Both the position numbers and the translations under genes were made by a program. The notes below the pieces were generated by a model that had not been told where the DNA came from, did no database searches, and worked only from the letters and a program-made list of their open reading frames with translations. A DNA stretch of 59,163 nucleotides from a virus (Duplodnaviria; Caudoviricetes), in the IMG/VR virus record IMGVR_UViG_3300025030_000113, positions 1-59,163 of that record; one strand, written 5' to 3'. Of the stretch, positions 9,273 through 18,960 are shown piece by piece. Position 1 is the stretch's first letter; every line of letters begins with the position of its first letter.

Positions 9273-9635
9273 TCAGCGAATCACAGAGCGCACATATCTC
9301 AACTGCTCATCGGTCACCGGCTTGCTGCCGTCGAGGTAGGGTGCCAGCTTCTCCGCTGTGGTTCCGATCTTCTCGGCAAAATTCTCCAGCGACAACCCCG
9401 ACTGCATCATGATTCCATTCAAGGCCTCGTGCATGACCTGGGCCGAGTTCCCAATTGTGTCAAAAATCTCGTCTTGGGTTTTCCTGGCGGGCCTCAATAC
9501 TACTTTTTTGGTACGGGCCGGGGTGTCCCATTTTGCTTGCTTGCACCTCGGGCAGTATTTCGGCCGCTCCAATTTAGACCTCCATTTAAAATCGCACCGC
9601 AAGCAGACCCTCTCCGTCGCTACCTTCAGTTTCAT
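9273..9635 (-). CDS. zinc-ribbon plus XRE HTH regulator
   Basis: CLRC..KW...PKYCPRCK..KW then SGLSLENFAEKIGTT; RBS AGGAGG. Confidence 0.7.
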   Translation of the reverse strand: MKLKVATERVCLRCDFKWRSKLERPKYCPRCKQAKWDTPARTKKVVLRPARKTQDEIFDTIGNSAQVMHEALNGIMMQSGLSLENFAEKIGTTAEKLAPYLDGSKPVTDEQLRYVRSVIR

Positions 9636-9719
9636 TTGGCAACCTCCTGTTTTTTCAATAACTGCAAGCCGTTTATTATCACAATTCGAGCCTTGAGGCA
9701 ATGATTTATTATGTTTCGT

Positions 9720-10095
9720 AAAGTAACAAACAATATCAACAACTTACAGACTTGCAGTTACGACATGAAGCCGTGTAACGGGCCGGTAACGGTCTTTTGC
9801 TTAACAATATCAACGACGTAACGGGATACGATTATAATAAACTCTTCCCAGGAGACGCTTACAGAGATACAAAGGCAAAAAGAGAGACAGGGAGACAGTG
9901 ACGAAAAGAGACATCTCTATATAAATAAATCTATTTTATATTATTATTTATTTTATAGCCGCCCCCTCTCTAGCCCAGCATTGACGCGGGTTTAGGGTGT
10001 AACCGGGTTTGGTCACATATAGTTACATAATCACGTAAGTGCCTAATAAACAATGTAACCGACAGTAGAGGGGGTGCGTCACACCTGTAACAGTG
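9720..10095. other. putative replication origin
   Basis: Non-coding; about nine GTAAC/GTTAC pentamers, ~40-bp AT tract at 9917-9957, IHF consensus TATCAACAACTTA at 9734-9746. Confidence 0.55.
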
Positions 10096-10173
10096 CTTTT
10101 TTCTTGCATTGCGCAGCAATACCTGCTAGTGCCATTGTCATTGACAACGCGCACGCGCACATAGGAGATCGAC

Positions 10174-10428
10174 ATGACCAAGATCTGTCTCAACATCGAC
10201 GATAAAGGCACAATGACCATCACCGCAGGAGACGACAGCCAGCAGGTTCCCGTCGCCAGCCTCGACGAAGCGCTCGGGATGATCAAAGAACTCGCCTCCG
10301 CGGCCGCTATGCCTATGGAGGGCGGCGAGGAAGTAATGCCTGAGGACCAGGGCGCCCCCATGATGGACGAAGGGCAGGAAGAGGCCGCTATGATGGACGG
10401 CTACAGGCCGGGGCAGACGGGGAGATAA
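10174..10428 (+). CDS. hypothetical acidic protein, first gene of late operon
   Basis: RBS AGGAG; acidic 84-aa ORF. Confidence 0.65.
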   Translation: MTKICLNIDDKGTMTITAGDDSQQVPVASLDEALGMIKELASAAAMPMEGGEEVMPEDQGAPMMDEGQEEAAMMDGYRPGQTGR

Positions 10429-10431
10429 CTT

Positions 10432-10896
10432 GTGGCTTCAATATTGGCTAACAGGCAGCAGTTGTTTGTAAAAGAATATTTATGCGATCTCAACGCTACG
10501 CAGGCCGCGACAAGAGCCGGGTACTCCGCTAAGACGGCGGGGAGCCAAGGCGAACGTCTGTTGAAAAATGTTGACGTAGCCGCTGCCATACAGGAAGCCA
10601 TGGATAAGCGGGCAAAGAGGGTCGAAATAACGGCCGACTACGTGCTCGACACCATCAGGGAGACCATTGACCGCTGCCGGCAGGCACAGCCCGTTTACGA
10701 CAAGAAAGGCGAGCGGGTTATGGTAGAGGATCGGGACGGCAACATGGTCCCGGCGTTCGTGTTTGACAGCAACGCGGTGCTCAAGGGCTGCGATCTTCTC
10801 GGCAAAAATCTGTCGCTCTGGAAGGACGTCGGCAGCAAGGAAAACCCTCTGAGCGTGGTTCCGGTCCAGGTTCTTTTCGGCAAGGATGACGATTGA
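10432..10896 (+). CDS. terS: terminase small subunit
   Basis: FVKEYLCDLNATQAATRAGYSAKTA..QG.RLL. Confidence 0.95.
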   Translation: MASILANRQQLFVKEYLCDLNATQAATRAGYSAKTAGSQGERLLKNVDVAAAIQEAMDKRAKRVEITADYVLDTIRETIDRCRQAQPVYDKKGERVMVEDRDGNMVPAFVFDSNAVLKGCDLLGKNLSLWKDVGSKENPLSVVPVQVLFGKDDD

Positions 10897-12209
10897 ACGC
10901 GGCACAGCGCGCAGACATAGAGCAGCCGCGCAAGGTTTGCTTCCCACCGAAACTGAAAATGCTGTTTCGGTCACACCGCTACAAGGTCATCTACGGTGGC
11001 CGTGGCTCGGCTAAATCCTGGTCGGTGGCCCGGGCGCTTCTGATCTTGGGCGCCAGCAAGAAAATGCGCATCCTCTGTATCAGAGAGGTGCAGAAATCAA
11101 TCAAGGATTCTTCCCATAAGCTTCTCAAGGACCAGATCTCGACACTCGGGCTTGGCGACTTTTACGAGGTCCTCGATACTATGATCCGGGGTCGCAACGG
11201 CACCGAGTTTCTTTTTACAGGCCTTTCTTCGCAGACAGAAACCAGCATTAAGAGCTTCGAGGGGGTCGACGTCGCGTGGTGCGAGGAAGCGCAGACGATC
11301 AGCAAAAACAGCTGGGACATTCTGATACCGACGATCCGGAAGGAAGGCTCGGAGATCTGGATCACTTTCAACCCCTGCCTGGAGAGCGACGAGACATACA
11401 AGCGGTTCGTCACCAACCCGCCCCCTTCCGCCTGCGTCGTGTTCCTCAACTACTACGACAACGAGTGGTTCCCGGACGTGCTGGAACAGGAACGGCTCCA
11501 CTGCGAGGCGACTGAGGACTTCGACACCTACAGTAACATCTGGGAAGGAACGTGCCGGGCAGCTGTCGCTGGCGCGATTTACGCGAAGGAGGTTGCTCTT
11601 GCCGTCATCCAGAAGCGCATCACGTTCCTGCCTTATGATCCGCATCTGAAGGTTCACACGGTTTGGGATCTTGGCTACGCCGACCACATGTGCGTGTTGT
11701 TCTGCCAGAGGGGAAGGAACGAGGTCAGGGTCATTGATTACATTCAGGAGAACCAAGCTTCGACCGAGCAGATAGCCGCCCTGGTAAAGAGCAGGCCCTA
11801 CGTGTTCGGTCGCTGCTTCCTTCCTCACGATGGGTTCAACAAGGACCGTCGTTCGGGTGGCAAGAGCGATGCCGATATCCTGCGCAAGCTTGGTTTCAAG
11901 GTGAAACCGATACCGAAGACAAGCATCGAGGCCCGGATCAAGAACGCCAGGGCCCAGTTTCACCGGTTCGTGTTTGACAAGGGGAAGTGTGACGTTGAGG
12001 ACAGTTCCCTACTGGAGTGCCTGAAGCGATACCGCCGCGCCGAGAGCAAGCATGACGTCGACAAGGCCCCGGTGCACGACGAGTTTAGTCACGGTGCCGA
12101 CGCTTTTGGTTACTCGGCCCAGGTGATCGACGAGATGATCAACGAGGACGAGTATGTCGAGCCGATGCCGTCGCTTGAATTTGTGCCGTTTGGGAACATG
12201 GGATACTAG
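10893..12209 (+). CDS. terL: terminase large subunit, PBSX family
   Basis: YGGRGSAKS, CIREVQKSI, WCEEA, TFNP, WDLG..D, SHGADAF. Confidence 0.95.
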   Translation: MNAAQRADIEQPRKVCFPPKLKMLFRSHRYKVIYGGRGSAKSWSVARALLILGASKKMRILCIREVQKSIKDSSHKLLKDQISTLGLGDFYEVLDTMIRGRNGTEFLFTGLSSQTETSIKSFEGVDVAWCEEAQTISKNSWDILIPTIRKEGSEIWITFNPCLESDETYKRFVTNPPPSACVVFLNYYDNEWFPDVLEQERLHCEATEDFDTYSNIWEGTCRAAVAGAIYAKEVALAVIQKRITFLPYDPHLKVHTVWDLGYADHMCVLFCQRGRNEVRVIDYIQENQASTEQIAALVKSRPYVFGRCFLPHDGFNKDRRSGGKSDADILRKLGFKVKPIPKTSIEARIKNARAQFHRFVFDKGKCDVEDSSLLECLKRYRRAESKHDVDKAPVHDEFSHGADAFGYSAQVIDEMINEDEYVEPMPSLEFVPFGNMGY

Positions 12210-12212
12210 CAA

Positions 12213-12231
12213 TGTAATGACATAGTTTCAA
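12213..12231 (+). promoter_or_regulatory. putative operator, copy 2
   Basis: Identical to 4272-4290. Confidence 0.55.
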
Positions 12232-12244
12232 AACGGGAGGAATT

Positions 12245-12535
12245 ATGGAGCGTCCGCAAACTGCAACAGCTGCGTCTTTGCCGTACAGGTCACAGGAAGA
12301 TGCGGTTCGGTTCTACGAGGATCAACGCCGCGAGTTCCTGGCGCGCTGTGAGCCGTTCGTCAAGGTTATGGTGGAGATCCGCATGATGCAGCCGATGCGG
12401 TACTTCATTGCGGAGGGGCGGCACATCGAGCCTGAAATCCTCTGGATGCCGGGCAGCAAAGAAACCTACGATCTCTGTCAGCAGATGATCGATCACATTA
12501 AGCAGCAGTACCTACCTGGAGGGGAGACAACATGA
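12245..12535 (+). CDS. hypothetical protein
   Basis: RBS GGGAGG; ATGA-coupled to next gene. Confidence 0.6.
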   Translation: MERPQTATAASLPYRSQEDAVRFYEDQRREFLARCEPFVKVMVEIRMMQPMRYFIAEGRHIEPEILWMPGSKETYDLCQQMIDHIKQQYLPGGETT

Positions 12536-12933
12536 GCAACAGCGGAGAGATTGGAGTAGCGGCAGTAGTGGCCGACGTGGCGCAGAACGGATCGGCGGCA
12601 GAACTGGTACAGGACTGGAAGCCGACAATAGCAGCACCCTGCGGTTGCCACCCCGAGGCCGGCTTTGTCTGCGACAGCTGCGCGGCTATGGCAGAGAAGA
12701 ACGTCGCAGAACTGGCAGAGTACGTGAACGACTTCATAACAAAACGCTTTCCTAACGGATTGGAAGGTGATATAAGGCAGATCATTAGCGAGTGCGTACT
12801 TGACGCATTCCACGACGGCGCCAGGTGGGCCGAGGCACAGCCCCCCGGAGACAAAAGCCTGATCATTGGCGTAGACCACGCAGCACCCGGCCACGATAAA
12901 AGCGTAAGCCGGATCATCATCGCACAGAGGTGA
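12532..12933 (+). CDS. hypothetical protein
   Basis: RBS GGAG; PCGCH...CDSC. Confidence 0.55.
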   Translation: MSNSGEIGVAAVVADVAQNGSAAELVQDWKPTIAAPCGCHPEAGFVCDSCAAMAEKNVAELAEYVNDFITKRFPNGLEGDIRQIISECVLDAFHDGARWAEAQPPGDKSLIIGVDHAAPGHDKSVSRIIIAQR

Positions 12934-12935
12934 CC

Positions 12936-13319
12936 ATGAAACGATTCGCCCTTATCGTAGCGGCAGCCTTCGCGGTCGCCACCTTCTCCATCTGCACAGC
13001 AGCCGTTGCCGCCAACTACGTCACGTCGGCTGTGTTCTCCATTGCCAGTTCCGCCAAGACAGCCACCCCGAACCTCAGGGTTGCGCCGATGACGCCCAAG
13101 ACGGCGGCCCGCGACGACAACAGCATGGTGATGCAGTGGTTTCAGTGGCAGGCGAACCAGACGCAGAACCTCTATCTCACCAAAAATACCACCGTCGACC
13201 TTTCCGCTGCGCTGTGCGCCTGGGTTCAGGTCGACCAGGCCACGAAGGTAAAGGTGAACGCCGAGAGCGCGTACATGATCCTGCCGAGCGGGTACAACGA
13301 CGTGGTGTGTTTCAAGTGA
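12936..13319 (+). CDS. predicted secreted protein (Sec signal peptide)
   Basis: MKRFALIVAAAFAVATFSICTAAVAA then beta-rich domain with two Cys. Confidence 0.7.
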   Translation: MKRFALIVAAAFAVATFSICTAAVAANYVTSAVFSIASSAKTATPNLRVAPMTPKTAARDDNSMVMQWFQWQANQTQNLYLTKNTTVDLSAALCAWVQVDQATKVKVNAESAYMILPSGYNDVVCFK

Positions 13320-13426
13320 GCGATAAGGAACCGGCACATAAGCTAGCGCACCTACTCTGGCAGGCCGGGAAGTTCCTGGTGTCTTTGCTGGAGAAGGAGT
13401 ACGGGTTCGGGAAGAAAACGGCATGA
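13316..13426 (+). CDS. small hypothetical protein
   Basis: GTGA and ATGA overlaps at both ends; VSDKEPAHKLAHLLWQAGKFLVSLLEKEYGFGKKTA. Confidence 0.4.
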   Translation: MSDKEPAHKLAHLLWQAGKFLVSLLEKEYGFGKKTA

Positions 13427-13571
13427 GCCACAGCATCGACTACGAAGCGCAGCAGGGGCGGGACCGCGGCGACGACTTCACGGTGAAGAGGGAAGAACTC
13501 ACCCCGCTGTAGGACAAGATGATGGACCTGGCCGCGCTGGCGTACCGGCCGCCAAGGATGAATAACTGATT

Positions 13572-13745
13572 GACTCTTGTGAGTCTCTGCCCGGGCCGGG
13601 TGAATACCGTCACCTGGTGACTAGAGAGCAAGGGCCATAACCCTGAATTGCCGAAAGGGAACGAACAATCAACAACCCCCTTGAATCCGGGTACGCAAAG
13701 CCGACCGGTAGGCAGTTCAGGTAACTCAACATACCGCGCCGGCCC
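13572..13745 (+). ncRNA. candidate structured RNA upstream of portal
   Basis: Nested stems gggccgg/ccggccc and cctgaattgcc/ggcagttcagg enclosing two sub-hairpins. Confidence 0.35.
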
Positions 13746-13762
13746 GACCGTCGCACCCTCAA

Positions 13763-13825
13763 CTAAGCCGTGCCTCCGTGCCCTGCTTCGATCTCATGCC
13801 GAGATTGTCGCAGGGCTTTTTTATT
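13763..13825 (+). terminator. terminator-like hairpin preceded by CTRAGCCGTGCC motif
   Basis: gccctgc...gcagggc then TTTTTT; related element at 45020-45086. Confidence 0.6.
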
Positions 13826-13833
13826 GGTGACCC

Positions 13834-16173
13834 ATGAACTACTCCAACGCTGCCGAGATGATCGACGACGAATCAGGCCTCCCGCCCGAGCTCCAGGAAC
13901 TCGCAGACCAGATGCGGGCCGCCCGGGACGAGAAGATCGAGCAGATCGGCAAAGAGGTCGCCAAGCTGCGGGACGAGGCAGTGAAGGGGCGCAGGGAATC
14001 CGGCATCGAGCGGATCTGGGAAGAGGACGAGGAATATTACCAAGGCATCGACGAGGCGAACCGCGCCGACGTAGCGATACTGAAGTCTCCTTCGTCGACC
14101 GGGGGCACCACCAGGGAGAAGCCTAAGAACGCGACCAGGTGCACGTCGTTCTTCAACATCACCCGGCAGTTCGTCGAATCGGCAGCGGCCCGCATGGGGG
14201 ATATTCTACTCCCGGCCGGCGACTGGAACTTTGCCGTCAAGGCCTCCCCGGTCCAGGACGAAATGAACCCCGCGCTGGCCGGCACGCCTCCTATCCCAGG
14301 GAACCTGCCGGGCCTGGGCGGTCCCTCCCCTGGCGCCCCCCTGGCGCTCCCCCTGGGCTCCCCCGAGGTTCAGACCGACATGGAGCAGGACCAGGACCCC
14401 CGCCAGAAGGAGGCCGAGAAGAAGGCAAAGCGCGGCGAGGTCTGGATACAGGACAAGCTTGTCGAGTGCTCCTATCACACCGAAGTGCGCAAGGTGATCG
14501 AGGATGCAGCCAAGCTTGGAACCGGCGTGCTCAAAGGGCCCTTCCCGCAGAAGTCGACAAAGCGGAAAGCCAGTCTCAAGAACGGCAAGTACGTGCTGGA
14601 GCTCGTCACCAAGACGAACCCAGCAAGCAAGCATGTAGATATCTGGGACTTCTTCCCTGACCCCACATGCGGCGACAACATCCACAACGGCAGGTACACC
14701 TGCGAGCGCGACAGGTTCACGGCAAAGCAGCTGCGCGGCCTGAAGGGCACAAAGGGGTATCTCTCCGAGCAGATCGACAAGGTGTTGGACGAGGGGCCCT
14801 GCCGGAAAAACTACAACGAAGCGACCCGCATACAGGGCGAGAACACGGCCGACGATGAGAAGTTCGAAGTCTGGTACTTCTACGGCGAGATTGACGCGGT
14901 AGCTCTCACAGCCATGTCGGTGAAGCTCACTGACGAGGAAAGCAAGCGCAACGTGGTCCCGGCCGTCGTGGTCCTGGTCAACGAGACGCCGATCAAGGCC
15001 TTCATCAATCCGCTCGATACCGGGGAGTTCCCCTACGACGTCATGCCGTGGCAGCGCGTTGCAGGGACCTGGACCGGCATGGGCGTATCGAGGCAAGGCC
15101 GCACCGCACAGGACATGCTGAACGCATCCGGCCGCGCCCTGATGGACAACGCCGGGCTCTCCAGTGGCCCGATGCTGATCATACGTCGCAAGGGCATCGA
15201 GCCTGCAGACGGGAAGTGGGAAGTCACGGCTCGCAAGGTCTGGTTGGATACGACGGACGGCATGGACGCGCCGACGAACCCCCCGTTCCAAGCTATTGAC
15301 ATCCCGATGGTCCAGCAAGAACTGATGGCGATCATGGACCGCGCCGAGAAGATGATGGAGGATTCGACCGGGATCAGTTCCCTCCTGCTTGGCCAGCAGG
15401 GGAGCGCGACCGATACGGTTGAAGGCATGAAGATGCTGCACGCCAACGCCTCCGCGCTGCTGCGCCGGCTGGCCCGTACCTTTGACGAGCGAGTGACGGA
15501 GCCGCACATCACCCGGCACTACGGCTGGTTGCTGATGTACGGCCCGGACGAGGCCAAGGGCGACATGAACATCGAGGCTATTGGGTCGACCGCCCTGGTG
15601 GAGCGCGAGATTCAAGCGATGGAGGCAATGGCGCTGCTGCAGCTGTCACTCAACCCTGCGTTTGGCCTGGATCCCGAGAAGGCTATGACTGAGGTGTTGA
15701 AGACCAAGCGCTTCATCCCTGAGAAGTGGCAGATGGATGCGGAGAAGAAGAAGAACCTGGCCGCTCCCATGGTCCCGGCTATAGAGGCGGCGAAGATCCG
15801 CGCCGAGGTCGACCGCGAGCGCCTCGCCCTGGAGAAAGACAAGATCATTGCCGGCAACACTCTCAAGAAGCATGAGATCGACGTCGACACCGACAGGGAC
15901 ACCGAGTACAACCGCAGCCTGGCCGAGCGCGACCGCGTACAAGCTGAAATCAGGATCGAGGAACTGCAACTGAAGAAGGATCTTGAAATGCTGAAGTACG
16001 CCAATCAGCGCGACATCAGCCTGGACAAGATCAAGAGCGATCTGGCCCGGGAGTCGATGCGCCTCAGGACGCAGAAGGAACTCGCAGGAGCTACGCAGGC
16101 TACCGACCAGGTGGCGCCCACAACGATGGAACCCGCAGGCCGGGCCAAAGACGGCCGAGCCTTTCAGGAGTAA
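13834..16173 (+). CDS. portal protein
   Basis: Position after terminase; GTGVLKGP, WDFFPDP, G.GV.R..R..Q..LN...R..MDN motifs; coiled-coil C-terminus. Confidence 0.9.
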   Translation: MNYSNAAEMIDDESGLPPELQELADQMRAARDEKIEQIGKEVAKLRDEAVKGRRESGIERIWEEDEEYYQGIDEANRADVAILKSPSSTGGTTREKPKNATRCTSFFNITRQFVESAAARMGDILLPAGDWNFAVKASPVQDEMNPALAGTPPIPGNLPGLGGPSPGAPLALPLGSPEVQTDMEQDQDPRQKEAEKKAKRGEVWIQDKLVECSYHTEVRKVIEDAAKLGTGVLKGPFPQKSTKRKASLKNGKYVLELVTKTNPASKHVDIWDFFPDPTCGDNIHNGRYTCERDRFTAKQLRGLKGTKGYLSEQIDKVLDEGPCRKNYNEATRIQGENTADDEKFEVWYFYGEIDAVALTAMSVKLTDEESKRNVVPAVVVLVNETPIKAFINPLDTGEFPYDVMPWQRVAGTWTGMGVSRQGRTAQDMLNASGRALMDNAGLSSGPMLIIRRKGIEPADGKWEVTARKVWLDTTDGMDAPTNPPFQAIDIPMVQQELMAIMDRAEKMMEDSTGISSLLLGQQGSATDTVEGMKMLHANASALLRRLARTFDERVTEPHITRHYGWLLMYGPDEAKGDMNIEAIGSTALVEREIQAMEAMALLQLSLNPAFGLDPEKAMTEVLKTKRFIPEKWQMDAEKKKNLAAPMVPAIEAAKIRAEVDRERLALEKDKIIAGNTLKKHEIDVDTDRDTEYNRSLAERDRVQAEIRIEELQLKKDLEMLKYANQRDISLDKIKSDLARESMRLRTQKELAGATQATDQVAPTTMEPAGRAKDGRAFQE

Positions 16174-16176
16174 GTC

Positions 16177-16377
16177 ATGGCGTTTAAGCTCACCCCCCTG
16201 GAGGCGCAGTCAACACTCTGGAAAAAGATAGAGAGAGAAATCACCGCCATGCGCGACAATGCGCGGGTACGGAACGACGGTAATCTAACCGCCGACCAGA
16301 CCGCCAAGGTCCGAGGCGAAATCGCAGTTTGCAAAACCATTCTGGATTGGGCCAATCCCAACCCGGAGATCAACTAG
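16177..16377 (+). CDS. small head-assembly-associated protein
   Basis: Between portal and scaffold; T...RGEI motif. Confidence 0.65.
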   Translation: MAFKLTPLEAQSTLWKKIEREITAMRDNARVRNDGNLTADQTAKVRGEIAVCKTILDWANPNPEIN

Positions 16378-16405
16378 CGACCGCAAGGCCGCAAGGAGGC
16401 AGGGC

Positions 16406-17251
16406 ATGGACGCAGCAAGTAAGACCACGTTTGAGCAGACCCCTGAGAACCTGGCAGAAGAGGAAGCGGCATTTGATGCCGCGGTAAACGCCGCCGACCC
16501 CGCGCCGGCAGCTGAGACAACCGCGACACCTGCAGCAGAACCTGAGGCCGAAGTTCTTGAGCAGGAAGATGACCCCGAGAAGAAAGACCAGCATGCCGAA
16601 CCCGAAGCAGCAGGCGAGCCGGCCAAGGAGCCTACGATTGCTGAACTCCTTACCGTCATCGAGGCTCAAAAGACCGAGCAGCAGAAACTGCGCGACAAGG
16701 TGTTTGGCAAGGTGGGCGAACTGCAGCAGAAGATCGATGCAGTCAAGCCAGCAGCTGGCGGGCTCTCACCCCGCGCAGCAGAACGATTGAAAGCAGACTT
16801 CCCCGAACTGCACGAAATGCTTTTCGGTGGAGACGACGGTGACGAACCGGCGCCCGCGGCAATCCATGCCCCCGCACAGGAACCGGCGCAGGTGGCCACC
16901 GACGAGTTTACCCCGGAGCAAAAGATGGAGCTCCGACTGCTGGACCGCGACCACAAGGACTGGCGGCAGGTAGTGCATACTCCCGAGTTCGCAGCATGGA
17001 AGGAGTCTGTCCTGGCCCCCGACGACGCGGCAGCACTGGACACATCGTGGGATGCTGACTTCTTCTCAGCCAAACTCACCGAGTTCAAGGAATACCAGGC
17101 GGCTGAGACGAACAAGGCAAACCAGCAGAGATTGAAACAGGAGCGGCTTGACGACGCTGTGACAACCAGGGGAATCCCCCGGACCAACACGTCGAGCCTT
17201 GGCGACGATGACGAAGAGGCCGCAATGCTGGCTGCATACAAGCCGCGTTAG
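16406..17251 (+). CDS. probable scaffolding protein
   Basis: Acidic helical protein directly before capsid gene; H.DW..V....EF..W motif. Confidence 0.75.
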   Translation: MDAASKTTFEQTPENLAEEEAAFDAAVNAADPAPAAETTATPAAEPEAEVLEQEDDPEKKDQHAEPEAAGEPAKEPTIAELLTVIEAQKTEQQKLRDKVFGKVGELQQKIDAVKPAAGGLSPRAAERLKADFPELHEMLFGGDDGDEPAPAAIHAPAQEPAQVATDEFTPEQKMELRLLDRDHKDWRQVVHTPEFAAWKESVLAPDDAAALDTSWDADFFSAKLTEFKEYQAAETNKANQQRLKQERLDDAVTTRGIPRTNTSSLGDDDEEAAMLAAYKPR

Positions 17252-17272
17252 CCGCCATAAAGGAGTAACACC

Positions 17273-18340
17273 ATGGCTCTCCAGAGCATGCTTTCCCCCG
17301 CCCAGCGTATCGGCAAGCTGAAAGGCGAAATCCTTACCCACGCGATCCCCCGCGAAGTGCTCGGCCTCGTAGGCGACACCAAGCCGATGCCGAAGAACAG
17401 CGGCGATACCCTGATCTACCGTCGCTGGCTGCCGGGTGGCGCGACTCAGGCAAGCCCCAACACCTTCTTTGCTGACGGCACCGGGGACCGCACCGCGGCC
17501 TACGTGAATCAGTACCTGTCCAACGAAGGCGTAACGCCGAACGCTGAGACGCTGATCCCGCAGGACATTCAGGTCACCATGCAGGAGTACACCGTCCTGT
17601 TCGGCTACACCAAGCGCACCGCCGACCTGTACGAAGACGACGTACCGGGCGCGATGAAGCTGCAGACTGGCGAGCGTGTCTCCCTGATCCGCGAGCTCGT
17701 CCGGTTCGGCGTCATCAAGAGCTGCGTCAACAAGTTCTACGGCGGCACTGGCGTTTCCCGCGCCACTGTGAACGGCAAGCCGACGCTGAAGCTTCTGCGC
17801 AAGATCACCAAAGCGCTCGACATTCAGCACACCGACAAGGTGACCGAGGTCCTCTCTCCGTCGCCCAAGTACGGTACCAGCGCCGTCGAGGCCTCGTTCC
17901 TGGTCTTCATCCACACCGACCTGAAGCCCGACTTCCGCGACATGGTCGGGTTCGTGCCCGTCGCCAAGTACGGCACCATGAAGACCATCAGCCCCTGGGA
18001 GTTCGGGACCATCGAGGAATTCCGCATCATCGCCTCCCCCGAACTGGTGAGCGTGCAGGATTCCGGCGCAGCTGTCGGCGTCACCGGGCTCGGCTCCACC
18101 ACCGGCGCCAACATCGACGTGTACCAGATGGTCGTCGCCGGCCGCGATGCCTGGGGTGACGTTGCGCTCCGCGGCGTGAAGGCCCTGGACGTCCACGACC
18201 TGAAGCCCGGGCAGAAGGACAAGAACGACCCGACCGGCGCCCGCGGCTACATCGGCGCTTCGACCTACTTCTCGGCCGTGCTCCTGAACTCCCTGCACAT
18301 GGCCGTGGCCGAAGTCGGCGCATCCGTCCTGACGGACTAA
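17273..18340 (+). CDS. major capsid protein, N4-gp56 family
   Basis: MPKNSGDTL.YRR, EGVTP, V.KYG.....PWEFGTIEEFR, KPGQKDKNDP.G.RGY. Confidence 0.9.
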   Translation: MALQSMLSPAQRIGKLKGEILTHAIPREVLGLVGDTKPMPKNSGDTLIYRRWLPGGATQASPNTFFADGTGDRTAAYVNQYLSNEGVTPNAETLIPQDIQVTMQEYTVLFGYTKRTADLYEDDVPGAMKLQTGERVSLIRELVRFGVIKSCVNKFYGGTGVSRATVNGKPTLKLLRKITKALDIQHTDKVTEVLSPSPKYGTSAVEASFLVFIHTDLKPDFRDMVGFVPVAKYGTMKTISPWEFGTIEEFRIIASPELVSVQDSGAAVGVTGLGSTTGANIDVYQMVVAGRDAWGDVALRGVKALDVHDLKPGQKDKNDPTGARGYIGASTYFSAVLLNSLHMAVAEVGASVLTD

Positions 18341-18387
18341 CCGGAGGGGGCGGGCTCTAACCGGGCCTGCCCCGCTTCACCTGGAGC

Positions 18388-18921
18388 GTGATTATGGAGA
18401 ATCTCCAAACCTTTGCTGCGAAGTTTGCCGACCCGAACGACGGCAGGCTTTTCCTCTCGGCCCTTAAGGGCCTTTACGACCAGTCCCGGTGCACCATCCT
18501 GAACCACGCCGGCCTGGTCATCACCGCCACCGCTGGCACCAAGACGGCGAAGACCGGGGCGGCCATCACCTACGGCACCGTCAAGGGCCGCCTGTTCTCG
18601 ATTGCTGCCGGCGCTGACATGCCCGAGCCTGCTGGCGTTGTCGCAGACGGAACCAGCAACGTGTTCTGCTTCTTCGCCAACGAGGCCGGCGAGTCGATCG
18701 ACGCCACCAAGATGACCGTGCTGATGGGCACGGCCGGCGCAACAATCGACCTGATCAAGTTCCCGAAGTTCCCTGAAGGGAAAACGCTGATCGGGTTCAT
18801 CATCGTCACCGTCTCGGGCGGGGCAACCTTCACGGGCGGCACCACCGCACTCGGCGCGGCAAACATCGCCACCGTCTACGTCTCTCCCGATGGGAACTTC
18901 GACCCCTCGGCAACCTTTTAA
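18388..18921 (+). CDS. probable capsid decoration/minor head protein
   Basis: Follows capsid gene; Ala/Gly/Thr-rich; resembles the next gene. Confidence 0.55.
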   Translation: MIMENLQTFAAKFADPNDGRLFLSALKGLYDQSRCTILNHAGLVITATAGTKTAKTGAAITYGTVKGRLFSIAAGADMPEPAGVVADGTSNVFCFFANEAGESIDATKMTVLMGTAGATIDLIKFPKFPEGKTLIGFIIVTVSGGATFTGGTTALGAANIATVYVSPDGNFDPSATF

Positions 18922-18960
18922 GCGCAGCACTACCCAGTCACCACCCAGAAGGAGAAGCAC

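Noticed and set aside
13423-13569. In-frame TAG at 13510 in a small ORF, suggesting amber recoding
   Set aside because: TAG cleanly ends core genes (terL, scaffold, tail tubular B, ATPase) and no suppressor tRNA is seen; more likely a nonsense mutation or a non-gene
13685-13712. c-di-GMP-I/GEMM riboswitch suggested by ACGCAAAGCC
   Set aside because: The upstream GGCAAAC-stem-GAAA element and the downstream second stem are not arranged as in that family
13593-13775. HDV-like or hammerhead ribozyme
   Set aside because: No P3/L3 and P1.1 arrangement, and no CUGANGA core found
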